From an uncultured Methanosarcinales archaeon (GTDB lineage Archaea; Nanobdellota; Nanobdellia; Woesearchaeales; CAYVYK01): DNA of 48,248 nucleotides. The notes below the pieces were generated by a model. It did not search any database. It was not told the origin of the DNA and worked only from the letters and a program-made list of their open reading frames with translations. The stretch lies in the NCBI GenBank assembly GCA_964455675.1, contig CAYVYK010000013.1, positions 1 through 48,248 of the forward strand. Direction: 5' to 3'. The position numbers and the translations under genes are program-made. This document shows positions 10,901 to 22,900 of this stretch, piece after piece (positions within the stretch are counted from its first letter, which is position 1; every line of letters starts with the position of its first letter).

Positions 10901-13900
10901 TCCTCGATCATGATGTTGTCATGGTCACCGACGTAGACCGTTGGGACATGGATTGGCCGCCGTTCAGGATGCGCGGCATTGAACTCGGCGAGCATGTCTT
11001 GGATGTCTTGTGCGTTCTTCGCTTCGATCGTGAAGTGCCGTTCCTCAAGAAGCCATCCCTGGATCGTTCCTGCCATGTCTCCAACGTCCCATTCGGGGTT
11101 CTTCTCCTTGATTGCAGCAAGGACTTTGCGCAGCACGTTGAGGTCATCGTCGATGCTTCGCTCGATCTTTGGCCGCAGTACCTTGATGACGACCGGTTTC
11201 CATTCGCCTTCGGTATACCACCATCCCTCGTAGATTTGTTTCATTGATGCGCTTCTGAGCTGTTTTCCGATCCTGACACGGCTGATATCAATGCCTTCCA
11301 TCGCGAGCGTGTCAAGGACCGCGATCTTGCTGATTGGAGGGGCTGAGTCCTTGAGGCTGCCTAGGTCGCTGCGGAGACTTTCGTCGGGAATCAACTGGTT
11401 TTCGGAGAAGTACTGCCCGACTTTGACTCCGACTGGTCCGAGGTTGCCAAGGAGCACGGACAGTCGCTTTCCTTCCGACATGCGGTGGAGTTCTTTGTAG
11501 TTTTTGAGGAGTGCGATCGCGACGGCTGTTTGTTGTGCTGGTGAGTATTGTTTCATGAGGATTGGGAATATATCACGCATAGTGCCCTTGACTTTTGGAG
11601 TGAGCTGGCCTTTGTCTGTTTGTGGGAAGATGTAGTCAAAGAGCTCGTAGTAGAATTCGTCCATCATTTCCTTTTCGTCTTCTGCTGGCGGGGCAAAGAG
11701 CCCGTTTTCGTCAAGGAATAGCGCCTGCATGATGGATACTCTGTATGCCTCAGGAGCGAATGAGAAGTGGTGTGGCATCTCATCAAAGTTGATATTGCCT
11801 TTTGCCTGGAGTTCCGCAAGGACCTGGGGTTTAGGATACTTGGCGGGGTCAAGGATCCAAAGGAGCATTGCTTTGCGGTCTTTACGTGACGCTCCGGATA
11901 CGATTGACCTGAATACTTGTTCCATGTAATTTGCGTTGGATAGTTCTGCATCGTATTCAAGGTCTTGCCGCATGCGGTAGAGGCTGCGTACTTCTTCGAT
12001 ATCCTCTATGCTGATATCCTCGCTTGGTATTGTGTGCCGCTCAAGGAGCTCTGTGAGCTGTTCGTCGCGAAGCTCGCTTGCGAATGGGAAGAATGCTTGT
12101 ATAGCCGCGAGTTCCTCTGCGAATGTTGGATTCGTGTTTGCTCGAAGTATCTTTATCGCAGTCATGCCCATACGCAGCTGTCGCTGGGGATCAGCTACGA
12201 GTGGTATCGTCCTTGTATAGAATTGTATAGCCTTCTGTGATCGCGCTTTTCCCATCTTGAGGCTTTTTTTCGCAACAATCTCCCATTGGATGGGAGTGTC
12301 GAGCAGGTTGTTTTCAAGGAAAGAGTACTGTTGCATCTTCTCCTCTTGTTCTTGCTGATCAATTGTCAAATCCGTCCTTCGCACCTTCCCAATGGCTTTT
12401 GCGATGCCAATGATTTTTGGTGGAGCGATCTCTGGTACGAGTTCTCTCTCCCAGAGATCAATGAACCCGTCCCGGAAGAGCATTGCTTCGGGGAGGAGTT
12501 TTTCAAGTGTCGTGATTCGTTCATCAATGCCATGCTCCTTTGTGAGGAGGTGGGCATAGCGCTTATCGTAATCAGCCATGAGTTCTACTTTGGGGCCGGT
12601 AACTTGAATGGTTTCGCTGACTGCCTCAAGATATGTGCGTTCGTCATGGGTTTTTTTTGCTTCTTCCTCACTTATGCTCGGCAGCTGTGGGTCGCTGAGA
12701 TAGTCTGCGTACCAGGGGAAGAGCTCTAGTCCATAGTTGTATACGTTTTTCTCGGACGAATGTCTTAAAAATGCATAATCTAATTGGCTGTGTTTTCCGA
12801 TGATTCCGTTTGACAGTGCGAGCATGATTTGCAGCTGTACGGCACGTTCCTTGAGTGCCGCACTTCCTCCATCCGCGCGAGCGATAAGTTTTTCCGCCCG
12901 GCCTTTGACTTCTGGACTGGATGCAAGGAATGCGATAGCTTTTTGTATCCCCTCCATTGATGCGGGATCGCTCTCTCCAAGGGCCGTCCGGAATTGCTTC
13001 TCGATGTAGGAGGGGATTATGACTGAAAAGAACCGCGGATCCTGGACGCTCTCTGCATGGAGGCCATAATAGTCATGGTTGCTGCTGAATTTGTCAATTC
13101 GGAATTTTATAACTGCACCATAATCAACTGAGGATACACTTCTCGTTCCTCCATATTTTCCTCGTAGTTTGTTGATTATGGTGTTGTCGATGACCGATTG
13201 CATCTCAGTTGGGTATGGAAGTTCTACATACCTTCCTTTTCGGACAGCAAGATTATTGCGAAGTTCTGCCTGGTTTCGCGCAATGTCCTGGATTTGTTCG
13301 ACGGATAAATCAAAGAATGTCCTAAAGAATGTTTGATGCTCAGTGTTTGTTGCATACCTGCCATAAGCGGTAGCACCAAAGAGTATGATTGGAGCGTCAT
13401 TGCTTTTAAAACTGACTTCTCCTTTCCGAATTCGTTCTGCTTGAGACCTTGTTATGTATCCTTGGGAGATGGATGCTGGTGCACTCGTGCTTTCCGTTGT
13501 CTCTTTGAGTTTTGCGATGTCAAAGCTAAGTGATCCATGCCGTGAGAGCTTCTCGAGGACTTGATAGACCATGCCAGTCGTGATTTTCTCACCCCTCTTC
13601 TGAGACCGAAGGATGTGTGCCTGCACATATGCAAGCATGAATCCGTTGCTGAGTTCTTGCTTTCTTGGCCTGTGGTCCATCATCCAGTCCATGATGGTAA
13701 TCTCTTCCGTGATACTTTCTGGGGTCATCGCATTCCATACCATCGTGAGTGCATCAATTGAATAGATGACTTTCTCACTAGTAATGAATAATCTATCTTC
13801 GGGTCTGCTGATGCCGTTGTTGGTATACTCATTGTTCGTCAGACGCGTCAGGATCTGGTACCTGTCCGCGTCTGTCACAATTCCGTCGAGTACCTCTGTC

Positions 13901-16900
13901 ATCTGCTGGAATGTTGGGTGCTCTCCGATGGTGACCCGTTCAGCAATGAGGGAAAGCATGACTTTCTCAACGACTGTTCTGCGAAGGCTTAGCGAGGGTA
14001 TCTGCTGGATGTCCACCCTGATGACTTTTGCGATTTCCTCCCATGTTAGCCTCTTGCCGTTGACTTCAAGTCTGTTGAGATCCTGCATGATAAGCTTGCT
14101 TATGGCGTCAGAGTTGCCCGTGCGTGCAAGCTGGTTGATGCTTCGCGCGGCGGCGGACTTATCCGGTAGTGGATTGATGCTCTCAAGATCGCTCATTCCA
14201 TATTCTGTGGTAAACTCCTGTGACATGGTGTTCTGCACTTTTCCATAGAGAGTTGAGAACACATAGCTATCATACGTCTCAAGCAGTGACTTGTCATCAG
14301 AGCCAAGTGGGCTTTTTGACACTCGTGTGGCAAGCATGTCTTGGATTTTAGCATTCTCCGTCGCATGATGATACATGGTGAGCTCTTGTGGCAGCGCAGG
14401 AGCTGTTCGTAGTACAGCTTCATAGATCGCCTTTCGCACTCGTTCCTGGTACTTGAAGGGGATATGTACATTTTTGTTATTGATATCATCAGCCGCTACC
14501 TTGTGGTAATTCCAGCGCGAGGATCCTCCTTCATTATCTTGTACGTAGGAGTGTTGAATGACATATGATGGTAGCAGGTAGCGTATGAGAGCAGTACGGT
14601 CGAGAGGAGTCTGCACAGGCATCAGCCGGATATCTTGGATGTAGAGTGCGGGATCGTTTCTCGCAAGGCGCGCAGTACCTAGATTCATGCCTGAGATGCT
14701 GACGCCAAATCTCTCTTGAAGATTTGAGAGGTATGATGTGCTTGGGATTGATTCGTCGAGTGTTGTTTTTCCAAAGTCACGGTATATACTGTAGGGCTGT
14801 TCAAAGATCTGATCGAGATGCTCAAGATTTCCTTTGGATGCTTCCTCTACGATAGCATCAAACTCTTGTGGCGTATAGGGAGAGTTGACAAGTGCGTCTA
14901 GCGAGTTCTCGTCAGTGTCGGCAAGTTCTTCTTTCGTACGCGCCCCGATCTTCTCTGCAATCTCGATGAGCCGTTGCCGCTCCTCAAATGGAATGGCTAG
15001 TTGGCTGATCTCTGTTCGGAACGCATTGATAACCCTATCAACTTGTTGGGTGTAGTCCCCAAGATCGGTATTCTCGTTGAATGTGTACATTCGTTTTTCC
15101 AGAATTTCGCTGTCCGGCTCGCTCTCGTGCTCGTTCCATCGCAATATTGCTCCGCTTGTTCTATAGTACTGCATTGGGATATGGTGATTCGTGTTGTCAG
15201 CCATTTCGTGGAGACGGTCAATAAGCGACCGCATGGTATTAAGTTGGATTTCTCTTGCGAACGCTTGCCTCGCTTCTCTGGTACGTGTGGTGGGGAGTAC
15301 GTAAGAGGTGTACTCGATATACCACGCGATCTTCGTGAGGTCAAGGACTTCTTCGATCGTTTGCGCTTCCCCAAGCATTCGTACAACATCATCGATGGAG
15401 TGGATGTCATTTGCCTTGCTTCCCAGCCGTTTGTAGTCGAGGTGCTCGTAGCGTACAGGATCTAGTGGATGCTCAGGGTTTGTCCATCCTTCAATGACCT
15501 GTGATGGATTGTCGACATAGAGCATGATGTGTGCAAGTCGCTCGCGCGCGTGAGGGTGTGTGGATATGGCGGTTTCCGCGGTGGAGCTTGACGTTATGCG
15601 GTCAAGGAACCGCAGTAGCTCTATGGATCCTTGCGGTGAGTATCCACCTAATTCCGGATGTTCGGGGTCCCTGATTGCTTTTCCAATCATCACGAGTGAT
15701 CCTTCATCCGCGTTGTACTCTGCTTTTCGTTTGAGGTTCAGGATTTCCTGCACCCATGCGTCCGTTGCTTGGAGTTTTGGCCACGTGATGCCTTCAAATG
15801 CGGTGTGCTGCATGACGTGGGTGAGTTCGTGTGCAAGGAGTGCCGCGATCATGTCTTCCGTGAGCGGCCGATCCGCTTGCTGTGCATACCTCGCAATTTC
15901 CCGTATGAGTCCAAGATGCACGTATACTCTGTCGGTTTCCGCCGGAACGAACGCGTTCATCTCTGTTGAGTCAACGATGAACAGTTCTCCTGCAAAGTGT
16001 GGTAGTTTCGCCCCGCGTGCGTTTTCTTCGTCAATCATCGTGTTGTACCCGCGCACAACGTTGTCAAAAATTGTGTGGATCGTCTGTGTCTCTGTGTTGA
16101 AGTCGCGCGGTACGATTCCATTCATGTCTTTGAGCTTGGCATGAAGCATCTCAGCCTTATCTCGAGCTTCCTGCCGTACTTCTTCGAGCGGTTTGTTGTC
16201 ATGCTCGCTGATGGCTCCAAGGAATGGGTTCTCTTCAAGCATTGTTTGTGTTTTATCCTCGGGAGTTTCAATGAGGCCGCGTTCGCGAAGTATTTCCATA
16301 ATGCGCTGTGCATGCGCATTTCCTGCGACGGCGTAGAGTTCGATTTCATGCGCGGATGGAACCAAGTGCTCAGGATTGGTAGCGGCGAGCACCTTCATGA
16401 TGCGGAGCGCGGAGTCTGCTGCTGGTGTGTCGAGCTGTTTGGCAAGTACCGGAACAGTATCGGTTATCCGAGCAATGACTTCTTCTTCCCCGTACTCTGC
16501 TAGGGACGCAATGATGTCAAGCTTCGGAACCCGGCGTTCGTTTTCGGCGTTCCAAATTCCCTCCATGGTGATGTATCGATATGGCGCGAGAGCTTCTGGA
16601 TGCGCTCGTGCAACCTTCGCGAGTGCCTGAAGTATTTCTGCTTCGTTCGTTGTGACAAGTTCATTAACGTAAGGGAGGAGCGCGCTCAGATCATGCTGCG
16701 CGATGTTGTTGATGACATATTTCAGGGGGTTGTTAAAGACTGATGGATTCTTAAGGTATGCTTTAACAATGATTCCAGTTGATGGCGCGATGCGCGAAGG
16801 ATCCGTCGCACTGATGGAGAGGAGTATCTCTTCCGTCGCCATCGGGGTTGCCCTAAGCCATTCTGATGTCCTTCCTGCATTCAGTTCTTTGAGTACATTG

Positions 16901-19900
16901 ATGAATTGTTCCGATTCCAGAGCTAGTGTTCTTTTGAGCTCATCCGTCGGTTCGTTCTTCAGCATGCCGTAGAGAATGTCCATGGCAACATCGCCATTTT
17001 TCGTGAAGTGGTCCATGCGCGCAAGGACCGAGGCATACGCGTCAATATTCGCCGTCCTCTTAAGTGAGCGCAGAATGCTGATTGCATATTCTTCTGCAGG
17101 TGACGCATCACCTTTGAGGATTTGTGCCATAATCTCTGGGGTAAGTATCTCCAATGTTTTCGGGTAATGGTCAATAGAACTGAATGTGTAGAGATAGCGT
17201 GTCACTTCGCGGTTCGTTTCAGGATTAAGGGAGAGGCGCTGTAGTATGGGTATCGTCTGTTCTGGATAGATATTGATGTAGTCCGCGAGGGTCTTGTACG
17301 ATGGTTCATTCAGTTGTATTCCTCTGGTGGCGTAGAACGTGCGCGCAAGTTCTAGTACGCTCGCTTCGGTGATTTCGGGTGCGAGTCCGAGCGCGTCGGA
17401 CAGCAACCGTCGTGTGCGGTCAAGATGCTCAAAGTCAGCAGTTGATTGTTCGGTATACCGCAGCAGCATTTCCCGATGCTCTTCCACCTGTGTAAGGTAC
17501 TGCTGTATCTTGGCAGAATCACCGCTCGCAATGACGTTGGGCGCTTTTTCCTCATATTTTTCTGCGAGTGTCGGCGCGGTCTCTTTCCTCCTGATGTAGT
17601 TCTCAGGTATTCCTTGAAGGAATGTCACGCGGTAGCCTCGTCCGTTTGGCTCGACGAAAGCATACTGAGAGATATCTGAGCTTGGTATCCTGCCAAGCTT
17701 CAAGTTCTTTGGTATGATAGGTTTTCCTTGATTATCGTACGTGACGAGAATGACGTATTCTGCCGGTACCTCGATCTCAAGGACTACGCTCTGGAGTCCC
17801 GGGATTTTTGACGCAACTCCCTCAGCTGGCATACTGTATTGTGCTGTCACCGCAAGGCCCGGATCATCGTCCCGGTTCCATGAATCCCATAGGATCTCTT
17901 CCGCGCTCGCCTCGTTCTTGTCGATCCAATCTGGTCGTCGCTCGCTCTTGCGCGCTTGGACATACTTATCGATGGCTTCGTTCAGTGATCCGGTTGCAAG
18001 GTAGCTCGCGCGCACAGATCTTGATTCAAGCACTCGTTTCTTTTGCTCTGGTTTAAGGTTCTCAATGGACTTGACGAATGTTACCTTGTCGCCCGCGGCA
18101 TACACGAGCATTGGCTGCTCTCCTTCCTGCATGACATAGTGTTCCGGTTGCGTTCCATGGAATACGGTCCCATCGATGTCATGCGCGTCCCCTGCTAGCG
18201 GCAACATAAGGACGTCCTTGCCGCCCCATCGTTCCTTGATCTCCGGTAATATTTGGAATAATGGTTTTCGATTTATGGCATTTGTGCGCACTCCCTTCTC
18301 CTGCGCGATCCTTCTGATCATTTCGCTGTCCGCCCGCACAATGTCCGCGAGATCCAGTGGATCGAATTCTCCCTGCACGAGTTGCCGCGCGTAGCCGCGC
18401 GCAAGGAGGTGAGCTCCCATCTGGTCCATGAATGCCCTAATCAATTCTTTTTCTTCCTGCGTTTCGCGTATGCGCCCATACCCTATGTATGCCTGTCCGC
18501 GCGCAGCGCTTCTGATGCGCAGCGTCTCGTGCGTGAGGAATTTTGCGAGCATTTCTTCGACTTGCTCGTCTGTTCCCTTGGCCGCATATTCGGGGAATGC
18601 CTTCCTGAACGCATCTGCTACTGCGCTTCCTTCTGAGATCGATGCGAGGACTTGGTCAAGGAGGCCTTTGCGCATCTGCCCGTGATAGTATTCTTCGATG
18701 ATCGTGATTCTCCGTAATTCCCGGAGTGTTTCCGCATCCACCTGGTCTCGGAGCGATGCATAAAGCTCGCTGTCGATGAATATCTGTCCTCCCTGTTCAA
18801 GGCCAAAGAGCAGAGTTCCTGTGATCATTCCGCGCGCGGGTTCGTCGTCCTGGATATTTGCATCCATGCTTCGTAGCTTGTCGCGCATCTTGCGCTCCTC
18901 GAGGAGTTTTTGCGCGTACTTTTGCATTTCTTCCCGAATGATTCTCATCATGTCTGAATCGTCGATCTCGCAGACTTCGCATTCATACGGCTCGGCTTTT
19001 TGCTTCAGGGGCAGATCAATGCTCTTTGTGTTTCCGAATGCATCTGTAATGTGCGCCTCATTGCTAACGGTGAGGATCTCTCCCGTTCCTTCATAGCCAG
19101 GACTCATTCCAGTATCGACCACTATAAGGTGATCGTCGATGAGAATGTGCCCAGGCTGCAGTGCTCGTTCGTCCTTCGAAGTAGGCCAATGCCCAACAAC
19201 AAGGTAGTCAGCTCCGAGCATGCCAAGGTGCGCGGCAAGCGATTGCTGTCCGATTTCTGCTAGCCATCCAAGGTCTCGCCCATCTTTCGGCCTCGTGTAA
19301 TAGAAGTCGTAGTAATCAGTGCCATCAGATCGTGGCTGCTTTCGTGTTGTTGCAGGATTGTGGTAGTTGTACGTTTGCCCATGCCCCATGCGCTTCTCAA
19401 GGTACTGCTCGATGCTGTCAATATCCTTGAGCAGTATCGGTCCGCCATGGACGAAGAGATAATTGTTGACGAGGGCCATTTTCGGCAGCCTGGTGAGATA
19501 TGCGCGATACTTCTCGATGTATGCCGCCTTGATTTCCTCCCATGGCCTGCTGCTGATCGTGTCAGTAAGTCCTATTCGCTCGTCCTCAATGTTGAGATCG
19601 CGAGTGCCGCGCACAACAAGCTCTTCCATCCGCTCAAGAAACAGCGCTTCGTGGTTGCCCATGAGGAGTATGACTTCTGATCCTTTCGCGGCTGCTTCCT
19701 TCTGTAGTCTCATGACGAGATCAAGCACGTCAAAGCTTCGTGGTCCTCGGTCGATCAGGTCTCCAGTGAGCACGAGTTCAGTTCCAGGAGGAGCGATCCA
19801 TTCGAGGTTGTCATTGACAAGTCCGTCCTTCTTGAGGAGTGCGATAAAACTCTCATAGTCCCCGTGCACGTCCCCGATCATCGATATGCGTTTTGCGTTC

Positions 19901-22900
19901 TCGCGCACTATGAAGTGCTTATTGTTCTCGTAACGTTCAGGTATGGCAATGCTTGTTGGTGTTGTCTCTGAGGGCGTATCATCAACCACTTTGTCGAGCA
20001 CGGCAATGTTCCAGAGGCTTCCCTCATACCGTTTGCCGACCTCAAATGCCTCTCCCGCTCCTCGCGCAATATCTGCGATGGTGCGGTAGTGGAACGTTCC
20101 CCTTCCCTTTGCGGTTTCCAGAACTTCATATGATGGTAGCATTGTTTCGTCGTTCACTTCAGTTGCGTCCTTTGAGCGCACCGGCCAATTATCCGAAAAG
20201 ATCACTTTTCCGTTTGTCGCGGTGGATTTCCTCATTGTGGGATAGACTTCGGCAAGCGCCTGCGCCCCTCCAACGTCAGGGAAATACTCGAGGATTCCAA
20301 CGTATGTTTGGACATCATAAGTTCCTCGCGGCTCATCAAAAATGCTTTCTTTGTATGCCCGTGCATTCTGTATGCCAAGTGTCGTGATGAGTTGCTGCGC
20401 GATCGCAACATTCCGCGCTTCATAATCCGCGATATCGACGGTGATGGTTTTCCCTGGGAATTCTTCCATAAGGATGCTTGCGACCATGAGCATGTTGAGG
20501 CCTGCTCCCGCAGCATTTGCTTTCAGGTGGATTTCATCCTTGTCCGCAAGTATTTTCCGCGCTTCGGTGTATGTTGCGTGTGCTTCGAGGAGGAATCTGT
20601 TTCGTGCGGCAATGGATAGTGATCGCACACTGATGAAGTTGTCCTGCAGCCTCACATAGTCTTTCGCTTCCGGAACGAGTCCAAGGTACGGGACAAGCAT
20701 CTCGTATCCTGTGACATAGTTGCCCGTGGAAAGTCCGATAAGATAGTCATTTCCTGTTCGAGCGTAGAAATTGCGCAGTCGTTCTTGGGTCATCCTATTG
20801 AGGGGAATATTCATCACTCGCTCAATCCATCGCTGGAGGAAGTTCTGTCGTTCAATTCTTGGTTGCGCAATCTGCTCTTTGAGATGAGCGCGGAAGAGTG
20901 CTAGAGTGCCAGGTCTGCTAAGCATCACTTCCACTGCTTCCGTTCCTTTCAGTTTTTTTCCTTCCGAGAGTTCTTCCTGCGCGCGAAGTGTCATGTCCTC
21001 GCGCCCAAGATGTTTGCGCAGGAGTTCTGCGATACGTTTCGTGAGGAGTTCCATCTCTTCTGGTTGGGTGTAGAGTACGGCACGAAGTACTCGCTCTTGC
21101 GTGTCGTACCCGGGAGTGATTCCATCACGTGCTCTCGTGACGAGTGGTACGTAATAGTCATTCATGCTGTATTCATCCTTCGATGTATCTCTGCGGTAGT
21201 GCACATTGTATGTTGTTCCACCAACGGTTACCTCATATGCTGGGTGTCTATGCATGAAACTGAGAATTCCTTCAGGTTTCTTTTGCACATGCAGTGAATC
21301 GCCAAACACCTGAGCATGTTCTGATGCTGCGCGGATGAGATTCGTGACATGCATGCTGTATGCTTCGTTCACTCCCTCCTCAGGGAGAAGCAATGTGCCA
21401 AAACGGTTTCCATCTGGCTGGATCTGCACCCGCTGCATGCGCGGCACCGCAAAGTCTAAAGAAAGTGATTTCCCATCATAGTGTGCGAATCCCGAGAGGT
21501 ATGAATAGTAGTTGACATCTCTTGGGTCACGTGCCATCTGCGCGTGGGTAATTTTTGGGTGCCCGATGCTTATGACAAGGGATGGTACTCCTCCTTCAAT
21601 GATGCGCACAACGACTGGCATCTTCTTGTTTTGCGTAAGGAATGCAGGTATTGCTCCCTCTTTGCCAAGAAGCATGTTTCCATCCTCCCCGATAATCTCA
21701 ATACGTGGGTGAGCGCGCTCGAGGAGTGACGCTTGCCGTGTTATTGGGCCAAGGGAAGCGGGCGCAGTCGTATGTGTATAATCATTGAGGGTTTTTTTGG
21801 CCTTCTCAAGGTTTTCATCAAGATTCTGGATGGAGAGATATGGCTTTTCGTTAAGTCTGTAGGAGAGTCCGTATGATCTGCTTGAACCTTTTGTCTTATA
21901 CACCATGTTTGGAGCGATGCTTGTGAGGAGTGCGCTTCCATCCTTCATGAGTGTTAAGAGATCAGCATAGTCGTTGCCATTGAATTGTACGTTGTGCCTG
22001 ACGTGGTAATCATCGTCATCATACCGACCAAAGTAGGGTTCCACGCTCCATGCCATGGCGTACATGACTTGTTCTTCGGGTACGACAGCGGCTGGATCAT
22101 AGCTGAAGCGTATGCCGACGCGTTCTCCGTAGACATTCCCTTCCTGCACGGGTTCCCCATTCACGATGTTGAACGCTTTCTCAAGATCCCCGACAGTGTC
22201 CAATATGAGTTTTCTAAGGTGATAGTCCTCAAGGTTTGTCCCGCCAGGATTCTCACGTGTGTTTCCGAATACATTGAGGTATTTCAGCTCATCGGAGACG
22301 TGATCGTTCTGGATCATTCCTTCCTTCTTGCTGTTATACGCATTTGCGAGGAATACAATGACTTCCCCAGTAGACGGATCTTTCCACACCCTGCCAACCA
22401 TTATTCTGCCAGGATCAAATCCTGTCTGCTTGATGAGGCGTGCACTAGGTCGGAGCTTCGGGTATGAGTCCTTGATAAATTGGGCGATCTTACGTTCTGT
22501 TTCAGTCGTGATATACCCGTTTTCCTCAGCTTCCAAGAGTGCCGCCGCCGCTTGCGCAAGTTCTCCGTTCTGCACGTAGCGCAGCCCCGCGTTCGCCCAG
22601 TGCCAGTCAACGACGAGCACGAGTTCTGCATCGGTGAGCCCATACCTTCCTTGCAGTTCCGGTTTGTACAGATCCCAGTTCACGCAGTCCGAGCACGGGC
22701 TGTCCTTGGCAATGCTGTCAGCGTTTCGGATTCCTTGCGCAGCTAGTCCCGTTCGCTCTTCGGATCGGGTTTGCTCATGGAGTTCGTCTGCGGATACCGA
22801 GGGTAATGATTCAGCTTGCTCGATGCGTGGCGGTTGTGCCTCAAGTTCGGCCAGGATTTGGTCTCGTAGCTCGGATCCTTCTGCTTCAAATACTGCTTCG

